From Eledone cirrhosa (lineage: Eukaryota): a DNA stretch of 64,000 bases. A program made the translations under genes and the position numbers. Below, in pieces: positions 25,531 to 42,206 of the stretch; the first letter of the stretch is position 1; every line of letters begins with the position of its first letter. Location of the stretch: the NCBI GenBank assembly GCA_964016885.1, contig OZ024743.1, positions 15,190,001 through 15,254,000 of the forward strand, in the 5' to 3' direction. The notes under the pieces were generated by a model, which did not search any database, was not told the DNA's origin, and worked only from the letters and a program-made list of their open reading frames with translations.

Positions 25531-27304
25531 TTTTTGAATTTGTTTAGCAAGATTCTTTATCTGAAATTTATTGAAGTGAAAGCAACTGGTGCATGTGTTT
25601 CTTATTGGCAACATGACCCTCCCAAAGTATAACAATATATATATATAATTATATATAATTACATATGTGTGCGTGCACGCGCATGTGAGCGTTTATGCGT
25701 ACATGATTAGGATAAACTTCCATAAACGAATAGGCTACAAAAACAATATATACACATGCATACACATATTTATTTTCATATAAATATATTTCCCTACATA
25801 TACATCACGCACGGTCGCTCTAATTGTTTCTCTCTGGCTAACACACACAAAAATCATGCGCGCTTGCACTCAAGCAGAAGCTGAGGCAATGCATGATAAA
25901 CCGTTATATATATATTTACTTTATTCATATATATAATTTGAATAGATGTATACGTCATGTAAAGGACTTCAGAATAAGTTGATAATTGATAACTCAGTTT
26001 TATTGCTAGCTGGGAATTTTCTTCCGTGCATTTTATTTAGATAAGATTTAAATGGAAGACAAATAAATACATTAAATTTTCTATACGTATATATTTTATT
26101 GCCTATTTGGTAAAGAAGAACTTAAACATTTTAATAATTAGCTAATAAAGATGTATTTACAGTGATATTGGACTTTCATTGCTTCCTTCTTTACCAGAAC
26201 ACAGAATAATTATTGATAAACCGAAATACTACAATTCATTTCTTCCATAACTTCCATTATCTTTAATTGGCAGTCTTTATTTCAGCAATTTTTAATGAAG
26301 TAATTAACAATATTATAATAAGAAAACCAATGTTATTTGATAAACGAAATTCCAATTTTGCTTAATGAGATAAACATTCCATATTAGCACATGTTCCAAT
26401 TTTTATAGCTGTGTATATTGTCTAAATATCTTATGGTAATTCGTATCTTTATGTTGTAGTTTGGAGAGGTTATTTTGCCAATACAGAAGCATAAAATGTA
26501 GATTGTTCACCTCCATTTATTTGGTATAACCACTGTAACATTTCTAATGATTTTTCCTATTCTGTAAATTATGTTTTTTCTGTATTTTATATGTTGTCAA
26601 TAATAAGTACGGTTTCATGTTAATGTTTTGTTTTTATTCTGTGAGTTGTGACGGAAAACAAGAGATAAGGGTAAACAATGCCCGGAAGACGTATCAAATA
26701 ATTTTTTACATATGTTGTAATATGTCCCACAGGGAAATCGTTTTCACTTAGCATGTGCACCTGTTATATCTGTGTTTATGATAGAAAGGTGACAAAACTA
26801 GAGTAAAACTAGAGTAGCTACGCTGCTTCAATTCAAGCAAACAAAACAAGGCTTTCAATACCTGACACAAACACTATCCACATAAACACGCCAATGTTTA
26901 CATAACACTAAAAACCATGCAAGAACGCATTTGAATGGGATGTATGCATCTGTGCATCGTACAATTCTCCCGTAACTGAAAATGTAGCCGATGCTTGTCT
27001 CTTCTCAAATCCTCAATAGAAAATTTGAAGTATTATTTTTTACTCCACCTTTTCCGCAATATCCGCATGTGTCCTTCAAATCTGAGAGCGTGATGCACTA
27101 AACTGAACTTTTGTTTATAAGGCTGAATATATGCGAGCTTATTTGGCCAAATAATTATAAGGATAAATGATAGTGCAAGTGATTCCGTAGATGCACCTTT
27201 AATTATGAACTAACTTTCAACTGTGGTAACGACTATTTGATTGCTTAATTATTAGATTCTATACATTATATATCTTCGTTGTAATTCCTCATCTGTTTAC
27301 ATTT

Positions 27305-27370
27305 CATACACACAAACACACACACACACACACACAGACACACACACACATATATATATATATTTATTTA

Positions 27371-27408
<38 letters not shown>

Positions 27409-27584
27409 CATACATATATATATATACATACATACATACATACATATATATAAATATATATGTATATATGTATGTATATACATATATATATATATATATG
27501 TATATATATACATATATATATATATACATATATATATGTATATATATACATATATATATATATTTATATATATACATATATATG

Positions 27585-27638
<54 letters not shown>

Positions 27639-27644
27639 TACACA

Positions 27645-27690
<46 letters not shown>

Positions 27691-27694
27691 TGTA

Positions 27695-27725
<31 letters not shown>

Positions 27726-27798
27726 ATATATATGTATACATACATATATATATGTATATATGTATATATATATGTATACATACATATATATATGTATG

Positions 27799-27897
<99 letters not shown>

Positions 27898-28078
27898 ATA
27901 TGTATGTATGTATGTATATATGTATGTATATATGTATGTATGTATATATATATATATGTATGTATATATATATATGTATGTATGTATGTATATATATATA
28001 TGTATGTATATATATATATGTATGTATATATATATATGTATGTATATATATATATATGTATGTATATATATATGTATG

Positions 28079-28111
<33 letters not shown>

Positions 28112-28118
28112 ATATATG

Positions 28119-28150
<32 letters not shown>

Positions 28151-28233
28151 TATATATGTATGTATGTATATATATGTATGTATGTATATATATGTATGTA
28201 TGTATATATATGTATGTATGTATATATATATAT
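27305..28233. repeat. (CA)n + (TA)/(TATG)n array
   Basis: Direct inspection. Confidence 0.95.
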
Positions 28234-28710
28234 AGAATTCAAATTTTGCTAAGAGAAGAAAACGGTCAAATGAACTAGATACATCTCACTGTCCACACCA
28301 CCTCAATAACGTCTACACTCTCTCCCCACCATCACATGTCATTACCATACCATACCCTATCGAGACTAAAGTCATCGACCTGTTGTCAAACTCTCTACTC
28401 TCTGATGAATGTATATATATATATGTGTGTGTATGTATATGTGTGTATATACATCACTCAGTCAAACAACCAGATTTCAACCCCAACATCTACAACAACA
28501 ACAACACCGGCACTAATGTTTACAGCAACAACAGCTTCAGAATGAACTGAAATGAACATTTACAACAATTACAACAACAACAACAGCGGCATCAAAACAT
28601 AAAAAAAGGAAGGGAAAAGAAAAAAGAAAAGGGAAGGGGAAAAAAAAAAAAAAAAAGGAGGAAAAAAAAGAAAGGAAAAAAAAAAAAAAAAACTCAAAAT
28701 AACAAAACAC

Positions 28711-28758
<48 letters not shown>

Positions 28759-29188
28759 CAACAACATCAACTGCCACCACCACCACCACCGCCACCGCCG
28801 TCGCCATCACCATCACCAGCGACCTTAAGAACAACTTTAATAATAATTTTTCTGCTTTTGGCACGGATCCAGTGACTGGCCAGCGCATCACTGGTACTCT
28901 CTTTTGTTGACTCCGTGGAGAGCCATAACTCTATGCTGTAAAGCAATTATAGTAATACTGGACTGTAATACGATCGGCTTCAACTATACAAACTCTTGAA
29001 AGTCAACAGTTGACATAATCTGGTAATCTTGTATCAGTAATGACGGTAATATATATATATATATGTGTGTGTGTGCGTGTAAGTGAGTAGAGTAGCGTGT
29101 GTGTGTGTTTGTTGTGTGTGTGAGTGTTGCTGTGTGCACGCATGTGTGTGCGTGTGTGTGTATGTCGTACGTATAAGTGTCAATAAGT

Positions 29189-29219
<31 letters not shown>

Positions 29220-29221
<2 letters not shown>

Positions 29222-29522
29222 GCGGGGACATAGATATAATCGGGCTGGATGCCCGATCGCGCAGTTAAACCACTGGGAGTGAAGAACCCCTAGCCCATGT
29301 CAGGGTATTCTTCTAGGAGAAGGCATCTCAGGAAACTGGGTTAACTCCGATATAAAACCTGCGGCTCAGTAGTTACCGATGATGTTGATCTTTTCTTCTT
29401 TTCGGGTTATAGCTACTGTCGCTCAGAGAGTGGGATTGGTTCAGTGCACAGTCTTTCCTCACTTTAAAAATATTCGTCACGCACAGGCATTGCACGAGTG
29501 CATTAATAATTATTAATAGTGT

Positions 29523-29557
<35 letters not shown>

Positions 29558-29562
29558 TATTA

Positions 29563-29598
<36 letters not shown>

Positions 29599-32500
29599 CC
29601 AATTCAATGATGTCCCAGAACAATGTAAACGAGATAATTGCCAATTTGGGTTCTGGAACAAAAAAGATCATTGGCAATAAGGGCAGGGGCCCCAAGTTAT
29701 CACAACCTGGGCCCGCCGGTCATCGTGCCATTGTAATAGAGCCAAACAGGGCATTTAGTCTTGGCTGCTGGAACGTACGGACGCTGCTTGACAGGGATTC
29801 TTTGGAGCGTCCTGAACGAAGGACCGCTCTTGTTGCGAAGGAGCTTCGACGTTACGATCTTGACATCGTGGCTTTGTCTGAGACGAGGTTAGCTGGAGAT
29901 GGTCATCTTACGGAATTTTGTGGAGAATATACATTCTTCTGGAAAGGAAGAGATGAAGGAACCAGAAGAGAGGCTGGGGTAGGATTTGCTGTTAAGACTG
30001 TACTGGTGAATAAATTAGAAGAATTCCCAGTGGGGATTAGTGAGCGTCTTATGTCCATGAGAGTTCCGCTGGACAAGGGAAGATATGCTACCCTGGTGAG
30101 TGTGTATGCTCCAACTATGAATTCTGTCGATGAAGAAAAACTGTCCTTTTACCATGCCTTGAAAGGTGTTTTAAGAAATATCCCTCAGGCAGACAAAGTC
30201 ATCGTGCTTGGTGACTTTAATGCTAGAGTGGGTAGGGATTTTAACACATGGAATGTAATCGGAAGGCATGGGGTGGGAAAGTGTAACAGCAATGGTATGC
30301 TCTTGCTGCAGATGTGTGAGGAGCTGGATCTGTGTGTTACCAACACCATGTTCCAACAAAAGAACAAATTCAAGACCACATGGATGCATCCTGCATCTAA
30401 GGAATGGCATCTTTTGGACTACGTCCTAGTCAGGATGCGTGACAGACAGGATGTGCAGTGTGTTCGTGTTCTTCGTGGAGCTGAGTGCTGGACGGACCAC
30501 CGCCTGGTACGCGCAAAAGTGAATCTAATCACCAAACGTAAAATCCGGGCTCCTGGTGTTACCCTGCCCAAAAGATTGAATGCTGCTCGTCTTAAGGATA
30601 AAAATGTGAAGAGGACATTGGAAGAAGAGATGCAGGCTGCAGATCTTGGTGAGGATTGGCCGACCCTTAAAAAGTCGGTTTATGATGTAGGCAGACGTGT
30701 TCTGGGATTGGTGCAGAGAAAACATCAGGACTGGTTTAATGAGAAAGATGTGCATATAGATGACTTGTTGGCTGATAAGAGGCGCGCTCTGTCACGCTAC
30801 TTGACGGCAAAACCACAGGAGAGGAATACGTTGCATGAGGAGCTCAGGGATGTAAAATCACGTGTTAGGCGGAGTCTTTCTCAGATGAAGGATCAGTGGT
30901 GGAGTGAGAAGGCTGGTGAGATACAAACTGCGTCTGATTGCAATAACACAAAGCTGTTGTACAGTCTCTTGCGTGAGGTTTATGGACCGTCTTCTTCTCT
31001 GGTGACACCGATTCGCAGCAGGGATGGCAAAGAACTTCTTCGTGACTCACAGGGAATTCTACGAAGGTGGCGAGAGCACTTTGATGATCTTTTGAATCAG
31101 CCGTCTGTCGTCAGTGAAGATTTCCTCAATCTCATTCCGGAAAGTCCTGTGAAAGTAGCTCTCGCAGAACCTCCGACACTTGTGGAGGTTGCAGTGGCTA
31201 TTTCGAAGCTGAACAGTGGAAGATCTCCAGGTATGGATGGCATACATGCTGAGCTCCTACAATATGGTGGTGAGAGACTCCTGCAACATCTTCACTCTCT
31301 GTTTGGAAGGATATGGACTAATGAATCCGTGCCTGAGGACTGGAGAGATGCAGTAATGGTGGTCTTGTACAAGGGAAAGGGTAACAGGAATGATTGTGGG
31401 AACTACAGAGGTATATCATTGCTTTCTGTCGTGGGGAAAGTTTTATGTAGGGTGCTTCTGGACCGTCTGCTGACACACATTGCAGATTGTGTCCTTCCTG
31501 AAAGTCAATCTGGTTTTCGTGTTGGACGCGGCACTACTGATATGATCTTCTCAGCTAGACAGCTCCAGGAGAAGTGCATTGAACAGGGCTTGGATCTGTA
31601 TCAGGTTTTTGTCGATCTGACAAAGGCTTTCGATACTGTCAACAGAGATGCATTATGGAAGGTTCTCCAGAAACTTGGTTGCCCTGATAAGTTCCTTGCT
31701 TTAGTTAGGTCTTTCCATGACGACATGAAGGCTTGGGTTAATGTCGGAGGTAACATGTCGGAGCCTATCTCAGTAAAAAATGGAGTGAAACAGGGGGATA
31801 TTCCAGCACCGACCCTGTTTGCCATATACTTTGCAATGGTTTTCTGTATTGCATTCAGGAATTGCGAGCATGGTGTTTACATCCGATATCGAACCTCAGG
31901 CAGCATATTTAACATCAGGCGCTTTGCTGCGAAGACAAAAGTATTTACATCAGTCATAAGAGACCTCTTGTATGCAGATGATTGCGATCTTGTAGCGCAC
32001 ACAGAGAGTGATATGCAGCACATTTTGAATGTATTTTCTGACGCTTGCACTGCCCTGGGTTTGACTGTCAGTCTCAAGAAAACCGTCGTCATGTACCAAC
32101 CTGCACCTGGTAGGCAGTACACTGAACCAAACATCTATGTGTATGGCAAACGACTTGGAGTGGTTGATCAGTTTGTCTACCTGGGAAGCACTGTCAATCG
32201 ATACGGCAACCTTGACAGTGAAATCTCACTTAGGATTAGGAAAGCAAGTGATGCTTTCGGAAAGCTAGAAAGGCGACTCTGGGGTCGGCGAGACATATGC
32301 AGGAGGACAAAGGTAAAGGTGTACAGGGCATGTGTACTCTCTTGTCTTCTTTATGCCTGCGAGACCTGGGTCACATATCGACGCCACCTTAAGCAATTGG
32401 AGCGTTTCCATCAGATGTGTCTCAGACGGATACATGGCGTTCACTGGAGGGACCACATCAGTGATGTCGAGATTTTGGAAAGCTCTATGTGTGACAGTAT

Positions 32501-33160
32501 AGAAGCTCTTGTGCTTAAGCAGCGACTCCGTTGGAGTGGTCACCTTGCCAGGATGAAGGATTCTAGAATACCAAAACAACTCTTCTATGGAGAGTTGGTT
32601 AAAGGAAAACGACCGCCACATAAACCAAAAAAGAGGTATAAGGATTCCTTGAAGGCCTCTCTGAAAGACGCTAACATCTCTGCTGATACATGGGAAAATA
32701 TTGCTGCTGATCGTAGTAAATGGAGAAAGACTGTATATGAGGGAAAAGTTGCCTTTGAGGCATCTCGAATCGCACACGAGAAAGTAAGGCGGGACGTGAG
32801 GAAGGGTATTGCTGTTGCACTTCCAGACGGCGAGGGTCCTCCTATGGTGCTGACATGCAGCGTCTGTGCGAGACTCTGCCTAAGCAAAGCTGGACTCGAA
32901 AGTCATCTTCGCAGTCATAAAGTAAGACCAGTGGTTGACTACCAGGCTGCTGTTGGAGATGCTACTCATCATGCTTGCCAAACATGTGGTAGAGAATGTA
33001 AATCAGCAGGAGGACTCAAGCGACATGCAAAAGTACACGAACTCCAACCACAGCCGACTATTCCCAGTAAATGTTTTGGTTGCCGACTCTGTGCAAGACA
33101 TTTTAGATCATTGGCTGGGCTAAAAAGCCACATTCGATCGCAGCACTGTTAGTTGCTATC

Positions 33161-33201
<41 letters not shown>

Positions 33202-33284
33202 ATATGCTTATGTGCGTGCGTGTGTGTGTATATATATATGAATATGTATATTATTATTGTTGTTGTCGTTATTATTATTATTGC

Positions 33285-33336
<52 letters not shown>

Positions 33337-33454
33337 GTTATTAATGTATGTGTGTATATATGTGTGAGTGTATGTGTATGTATGTGTGTGTGTATATATG
33401 TATGTATGTGTATGTATGTGTGTGTATATATATGTGTATATATATATGTGTATA

Positions 33455-33487
<33 letters not shown>

Positions 33488-33520
33488 CTTTTCCCTTTTT
33501 TTTTTTTTTTTTTTTTTTTT

Positions 33521-33559
<39 letters not shown>

Positions 33560-33624
33560 TTTTTTTTTTTTTTTTTTTTTTAATTGTGCAATGGCCATAC
33601 TCGATAACGAGGGGGCAGCCATCA
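29220..33624 (+). mobile_element. RTE-clade (BovB-like) LINE, near full length
   Basis: 5' UTR (CCCTAGCC...TTCTAGGAGAAGG...AACTCCGATATAAAACC), a single ORF, and a 3' stem-loop CTCGATAACGAG before the TA/TATG tail. Confidence 0.9.
29607..33152 (+). CDS. Intact RTE ORF: APE endonuclease + reverse transcriptase + three C-terminal C2H2 zinc fingers (1181 aa)
   Basis: [28 protein letters not shown]; [28 protein letters not shown]; CSVC..H..H, CQTC..H..H, CRLC..H. Confidence 0.95.
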   Translation: MMSQNNVNEIIANLGSGTKKIIGNKGRGPKLSQPGPAGHRAIVIEPNRAFSLGCWNVRTLLDRDSLERPERRTALVAKELRRYDLDIVALSETRLAGDGHLTEFCGEYTFFWKGRDEGTRREAGVGFAVKTVLVNKLEEFPVGISERLMSMRVPLDKGRYATLVSVYAPTMNSVDEEKLSFYHALKGVLRNIPQADKVIVLGDFNARVGRDFNTWNVIGRHGVGKCNSNGMLLLQMCEELDLCVTNTMFQQKNKFKTTWMHPASKEWHLLDYVLVRMRDRQDVQCVRVLRGAECWTDHRLVRAKVNLITKRKIRAPGVTLPKRLNAARLKDKNVKRTLEEEMQAADLGEDWPTLKKSVYDVGRRVLGLVQRKHQDWFNEKDVHIDDLLADKRRALSRYLTAKPQERNTLHEELRDVKSRVRRSLSQMKDQWWSEKAGEIQTASDCNNTKLLYSLLREVYGPSSSLVTPIRSRDGKELLRDSQGILRRWREHFDDLLNQPSVVSEDFLNLIPESPVKVALAEPPTLVEVAVAISKLNSGRSPGMDGIHAELLQYGGERLLQHLHSLFGRIWTNESVPEDWRDAVMVVLYKGKGNRNDCGNYRGISLLSVVGKVLCRVLLDRLLTHIADCVLPESQSGFRVGRGTTDMIFSARQLQEKCIEQGLDLYQVFVDLTKAFDTVNRDALWKVLQKLGCPDKFLALVRSFHDDMKAWVNVGGNMSEPISVKNGVKQGDIPAPTLFAIYFAMVFCIAFRNCEHGVYIRYRTSGSIFNIRRFAAKTKVFTSVIRDLLYADDCDLVAHTESDMQHILNVFSDACTALGLTVSLKKTVVMYQPAPGRQYTEPNIYVYGKRLGVVDQFVYLGSTVNRYGNLDSEISLRIRKASDAFGKLERRLWGRRDICRRTKVKVYRACVLSCLLYACETWVTYRRHLKQLERFHQMCLRRIHGVHWRDHISDVEILESSMCDSIEALVLKQRLRWSGHLARMKDSRIPKQLFYGELVKGKRPPHKPKKRYKDSLKASLKDANISADTWENIAADRSKWRKTVYEGKVAFEASRIAHEKVRRDVRKGIAVALPDGEGPPMVLTCSVCARLCLSKAGLESHLRSHKVRPVVDYQAAVGDATHHACQTCGRECKSAGGLKRHAKVHELQPQPTIPSKCFGCRLCARHFRSLAGLKSHIRSQHC

Positions 33625-33693
33625 TATATATGTATACGTATGTATATATATATATATGTATATGTATGTATATATATATGTATGTATATGTAT

Positions 33694-33725
<32 letters not shown>

Positions 33726-33726
33726 G

Positions 33727-33757
<31 letters not shown>

Positions 33758-33794
33758 GTATATATAAATATATATATATGTATGTATGTATATG

Positions 33795-33826
<32 letters not shown>

Positions 33827-33834
33827 TGTATATG

Positions 33835-33866
<32 letters not shown>

Positions 33867-33973
33867 TATATATATGTATATGTATATATATGTATGTATA
33901 TATATATATATGTATATGTATATATATATGTATGTATATTATATATGTATATATATATATATGTATATATATG

Positions 33974-34020
<47 letters not shown>

Positions 34021-34067
34021 GTATATGTATATATATATGTATATATATATATGTATATATATATATG

Positions 34068-34118
<51 letters not shown>

Positions 34119-34215
34119 ATATATATGTATATATATATGTATGTATATATATATGTATATATATATGTATGTATATATATATGTATGTATATATATATGT
34201 ATGTATATATATATG

Positions 34216-34247
<32 letters not shown>

Positions 34248-34262
34248 CATATATATATACAT

Positions 34263-34612
34263 ATATTCCAACGGTTTTCAACCCCTCTATGTAAAAAATA
34301 TATCTCCTCTCAGTTATAAAAACTATCTCTTTCTCTCTATCACCCATCTCTCCCTGTCATCTCCTTCCCTTTTCATCCTTCCCCCCCCCTCTCTAAATAA
34401 AATATTTTTCCCAATATCACACATCAATCTAAAACCACTTTTCATATGTTGATTTAAAACTGCACTATCCACAAGTGTTTTTTAGCCTTCATATCATGTT
34501 CTCCTGTTTTATCTGATGAAAACACAAATATTATTGCTTGATGATGTTTGTTTTTGAAATGCGCATAATAAAATATATGGAACTCCTTTAACCATCTTTT
34601 GATCTCATATTA
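34263..34612 (+). mobile_element. PLE pseudo-LTR-like 3' fragment with HHR, embedded in (TA)n
   Basis: Homologous to 54245-54410 (minus); contains an HHR followed by AATAAA. Confidence 0.7.
34507..34573 (+). ncRNA. Type I hammerhead ribozyme with long stem II
   Basis: TTTTAT-CTGATGA-[~16-bp AU/GU-rich stem II]-GAAAT GCGC ATA^-ATAAAA; palindromic stem III. Confidence 0.82.
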
Positions 34613-34634
34613 TATATGTATATATGTATATATG

Positions 34635-34695
<61 letters not shown>

Positions 34696-34701
34696 GTGTA
34701 C

Positions 34702-34732
<31 letters not shown>

Positions 34733-34848
34733 TATATGTATATGTATATATATATGTATCTATATATATATATATGTATATGTATATATATGTATATATA
34801 TATATATGTATATATCTATATATGTATATATATATATGTATATATATG

Positions 34849-34913
<65 letters not shown>

Positions 34914-34916
34914 GTG

Positions 34917-34947
<31 letters not shown>

Positions 34948-35008
34948 GTATATATATATATGTATATATATATGTATATATATATATGTATATATATATA
35001 TGTATATG

Positions 35009-35077
<69 letters not shown>

Positions 35078-35090
35078 GTATATATATATG

Positions 35091-35159
<69 letters not shown>

Positions 35160-35172
35160 GTATATATATATG

Positions 35173-35315
<143 letters not shown>

Positions 35316-35422
35316 ATATATATGTATATATATATATATATATGTATATGTATATATGTATATATATATGTATATATATTATATATATATGTATATATAT
35401 ATATGTATATATATATATATGC

Positions 35423-35500
<78 letters not shown>

Positions 35501-35533
35501 GTATATATATGTATATATATATGTATATATATG

Positions 35534-35598
<65 letters not shown>

Positions 35599-35599
35599 G

Positions 35600-35806
<207 letters not shown>

Positions 35807-35815
35807 CTATATATG

Positions 35816-36064
<249 letters not shown>

Positions 36065-36106
36065 GTATGTATATATATATATGTATGTATATATATATAT
36101 GTATGT

Positions 36107-36154
<48 letters not shown>

Positions 36155-36279
36155 GTATATGTATGTATGTATAATATGTATATATATATATATATGGATA
36201 TATATATGTATATATATATATGTATATGTATGTATATATATATGTATATGTATGTATATATATGTATATATATATGTAT

Positions 36280-36311
<32 letters not shown>

Positions 36312-36864
36312 GTATATGTATATATATGTATATGTGTATATATATGTATATGTGTATATATATGTATATATATATATATATATATGTATATGTGTATATA
36401 TATGTATATGTGTATATATATGTATATGTGTATATATATGTATATATATATATATATATGTATGTATATGTATATGTATGTATGTATATATATGTGTATG
36501 TATATATATATATGTATATGTATATATATATGTATATGTATGTATATATATGTATATGTATGTATATATATGTATATGTATGTATATATATGTGTATGTA
36601 TATATATATATGTATATGTATATATATATGTATATGTATGTATATATATGTATATGTATATAAATATATGTATGTATATGTATGTATATATATGTATATG
36701 TATGTATATATATGTATATGTATGTATGTATATATATATGTATATGTATGTGTATATGTATATATATATGTGTATATGTATGTATGTATGTGTATATGTA
36801 TGTGAATATGTATATATATATGTGTGTATGTATGTATGTATGTGTATATGTATGTATATGTATG

Positions 36865-36895
<31 letters not shown>

Positions 36896-36937
36896 GTAAT
36901 GTATATATATGTATATGTATGTATATATATATGTATG

Positions 36938-37084
<147 letters not shown>

Positions 37085-37135
37085 GTATATATGTATATAT
37101 ATATGTATATATATATATATGTATATATATATATG

Positions 37136-37206
<71 letters not shown>

Positions 37207-37239
37207 GTATATATGTATATATATATGTATATATATATG

Positions 37240-37456
<217 letters not shown>

Positions 37457-37493
37457 GTATATATATGTATATATATATATATGTATATATATG

Positions 37494-37524
<31 letters not shown>

Positions 37525-37535
37525 GTATATATATG

Positions 37536-37566
<31 letters not shown>

Positions 37567-37613
37567 GTATATATATGTATATATATGTATATATATGTAT
37601 ATGTATATATATG

Positions 37614-37676
<63 letters not shown>

Positions 37677-37703
37677 GTATATATATATATATGTATATAT
37701 ATG

Positions 37704-37737
<34 letters not shown>

Positions 37738-37745
37738 TGTATATG

Positions 37746-37777
<32 letters not shown>

Positions 37778-37796
37778 TGTATGATATATATATATG

Positions 37797-37957
<161 letters not shown>

Positions 37958-37968
37958 TTATATATATG

Positions 37969-38001
<33 letters not shown>

Positions 38002-38016
38002 GTATATATATATATG

Positions 38017-38061
<45 letters not shown>

Positions 38062-38076
38062 GTATATATATATATG

Positions 38077-38149
<73 letters not shown>

Positions 38150-38167
38150 GTAATATATATATATATG

Positions 38168-38200
<33 letters not shown>

Positions 38201-38213
38201 GTATATATATATG

Positions 38214-38262
<49 letters not shown>

Positions 38263-38275
38263 GTATATATATATG

Positions 38276-38342
<67 letters not shown>

Positions 38343-38357
38343 GTATATATATATATG

Positions 38358-38417
<60 letters not shown>

Positions 38418-39673
38418 TATGTATGTATATATATATATATGTATGTATATATATATATATGTATGTATATATATATATGTATGTATATATATGTATATAT
38501 ATATATATATATGTATGTATATATATATATATGTATGTATATATATATATGTATGTATATATATGTATATATATATATATGGATATGTATATGTATGTAT
38601 CTATATATATATGGATATGTATATGTATGTATGTATATATATATATATGGATATGTATATGTATGTATGTATAATATGTATATATATATATATATGGATA
38701 TATATATGTATATATATATATATGTATATGTATGTATATATATATGTATATATATGTATATGTATATATATATATATGTATATGTATATATATGTATATG
38801 TGTATATATATGTATATGTGTATATATATGTATATATATATATATATGTATATGTGTATATATATGTATATGTGTATATATATGTATATGTGTATATATA
38901 TGTATATATATATATATATGTATGTATATGTATATGTATGTATGTATATATATGTGTATGTATATGTATATGTATGTATGTATATATATGTGTATGTATA
39001 TATATATATGTATATGTATATATATATGTATATGTATGTATATATATGTATATGTATGTATATATATAAGTATATGTATGTATATATATGTGTATGTATA
39101 TATATATATGTATATGTATAATATATATGTATATGTATGTATATATATGTATATGTATGTATATATATATATGTATATGTATATATATATGTATATGTAT
39201 GTATATATATATATGTATATGAATATATATATGTATATGTATGTATATATGTATATGAATATATATATGTATATGTATGTATATATATATGTATATGTAT
39301 GTGTATATATATATGTATATGTATGTATGTATATATATGTGTATGTATGTATATATATATATATATGTATGTATATATATGTATATGTATGTATATATAT
39401 ATGTGTATATATATATATATGTGTATATATATATATATGTATATGTATATGTATATGTATATATATATATATTTATATGTATATATATATGTATATGTAT
39501 ATATATATGTATATATATGTATATATGTATATGTATATATATATGTATATATATATATATTTATATGTATATATATATATGTATATGTATATATATATGT
39601 ATATATATGTATATTGTATATATATATGTATATATATATATATGTATATATATAAATATATGTATATATATAT

Positions 39674-39985
39674 ACGTGGGAAAGTAAAAATTCGGAGAAT
39701 AGACCGTTAAAACATGTTTATTTAAAATATCACCTACGTACGTTTCTACGTAGGTGATATTTTAAATAAACATGTTTTAACGGTCTATTCTCCGAATTTT
39801 TACTTTCCCATGTGCTTACGCTCTGCTAACTCTCTAGCCCACTAAATATTAACACTTCGAATATTTAATACTGCCGGCACTAGTATCGAGCACCTTTGGC
39901 ATACGCTACTTGGCAAATAACTATATGTATCACCTATCCCTCCTTTTTCTCTCTTTCTCGATACGTAAATACTATATTGTATATA
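39674..39985. mobile_element. Fold-back fragment with perfect 64-bp arms and the 3' half of an HHR at its centre
   Basis: 39677-39740 is the reverse complement of 39747-39810; the minus strand reads GAAAC GTAC GTA^GGTG...AATAAA. Confidence 0.7.
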
Positions 39986-40000
39986 TATACTGTTACAAAC

Positions 40001-42158
40001 ATATGTGCTAAACACACCCCCATTAAGAACTATAAACAAATCTAAGAGCAGAATCCCTAGAAATAGAAAAACGCTCATCAGAAAAATTAAGAGAACGAAC
40101 AAAAAAATCAACAAGCTGAAATACCGTCAGCAGCAACACATCAACTTGACTGCCATTTCATCACTAGAGATTAAAAAACATAACCTCCAAAACAACATAA
40201 TGTCCCTCATCAACAATCAGAGAAGAGCTGAAGAGGCCTGGGCCATTGAGAAGATCAAACTCAATCCCAAAGTGTTCTTTTCATTTGTAAAAAAAACACA
40301 AAATCACTGGCTCTACTGTTGGCCCTCTAATTGATGAAAATGGCACTCTTCAAGACAATGCTAAAACCATGGGTGAGATACTGCAGAAACAATACTGCTC
40401 TGTTGTCAGCAATCCTGATATGGCCGATCTGGGCTGTATCGGCGATGTTACTCCCCATTACACCTTATCGGACATAACGTTTGGCGCCCCTGATGTCTTG
40501 GCGGCAATAAAGGAAATCAAGCATAATTCAGTAGTAGGTCCCGATAGGTTCCCTGCTTGTGTCTTGAAGGCGTGTCAACACCAACTTGCATCTCCTCTTG
40601 CCAATCTGTGGCGGAACTCACTGGATGCTGGATATGTGCCAGAAAACCTTCTATCCCAGTCTGTTGTCCCAGTTTTCAAAAAGGGAAACAAATCCCTTGC
40701 CGTGAATTACCGTCCAATCTCACTCACCTCTCATATCATTAAGGTATTTGAGAGAGTGGTGAGATCGCGAATGACCCACTTCCTTGAGAGTAACAATATG
40801 CTGAACTCCAACCAGCATGGATTCCGTAATGGAAGGGATTGCCTGACGCAGCTACTGCATCACTTTGATGACATTTTGAGAGCCTTGGGAGAGGGTTCCA
40901 ACACTGATGTTATCTACCTTGATTTCAGCAAGGCCTTTGACAGGGTTGATCATAACATTCTACTGAGAAAGCTGTCCAATATTGGTGTCACTGGAAAGCT
41001 GCTGCAGTGGATCAAGAGCTTCCTGTCAAACAGAACCCAACATGTTGTAGTTGAGGGAGTCAAATCAAGCCCAGCCAAAGTCAGTAGTGGGGTCCCACAA
41101 GGCACTGTGTTGGGCCCACTTCTCTTCATCATCTATATTAATGACATCACTGACATCATCAAACACAGCAACATTAAAATTTTCGCTGATGATTCCAAGC
41201 TCCAAAAGGTAATCAATGGCGTGGATGACCAGATAAGCCTTCAGTCAGACCTACTGGCTGTTACCCAATGGGCAGAAAAGAACAACATGTTACTGAACGA
41301 AGACAAATTCGAACTGATCCACTTTGGAAAAGAGGATGCTCTGAAAACTCCCGTACTCCCTTCCCTCCGGGGAAACTCTCGTGGCATCTAACAACATCAG
41401 AGTCTTGGGAGTAACCGTGGACAGCAACATAAGCTGGACCACGCATATAAGCAGCAAAGTTGACATGGCCCGCAGAATGTGTTCCTGGATCCTCAGAACC
41501 TTCCAGTCGAGAGATTCCCGCACCATTATCCTTCTCTTCTCTACTTTTGCCCGACCACACCTTGAATACTGTTGTCCACTGTGGTCTCCCCACACGAAAC
41601 AAAGTATCATGAAACTTGAAGCTCCTCAAAGGGCAATCACGAAAAAGATAGATGGCATGTCAGACCTTGACTACTGGGGTCGATTAGAAAACCTGAAACT
41701 TTACTCACTCCAACGTCGCCGTGAGCGTTATATTATCTGCATGATGTGGAAAATGTTCCATCATCACTGCCCAAATGATGTTGGCATCGCCTTCAAGATA
41801 CACCCAAGGCTTGGGCCCCGTGCTATCCGTCCCATTCAAAAATCTAAATCGCAACTCATAACAACAATACGGCACAATTATTTCACCTCAATCGGCCCTG
41901 CTCTCTTCAACATCACACCAGGACACGTCAAAACAGAAACTGACCACACAAAATTCAAGAAGTCTTTGGACAAATTCCTCCAAGTAATCCCGGACAAACC
42001 ACCCACACCCGGATATGTCTCCGCAAACAGTAATTCTCTTCTCGAATGGGCCATGGTGCCCAAATCCTGAATTGAAAGACTTCGCCAGGTGGTGATATTA
42101 AGTTAGACATGGCCTGGGCCAATACTGGCCAAAACATTTCAAAGTTATTCAAAGTTAT
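40001..42158 (+). pseudogene. 5'-truncated CR1-clade LINE (RT ORF2, two homopolymer frameshifts) with (TCAAAGTTAT)2 tail
   Basis: [60 protein letters not shown]. Confidence 0.9.
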
Positions 42159-42169
42159 ATATATGTATG

Positions 42170-42206
<37 letters not shown>

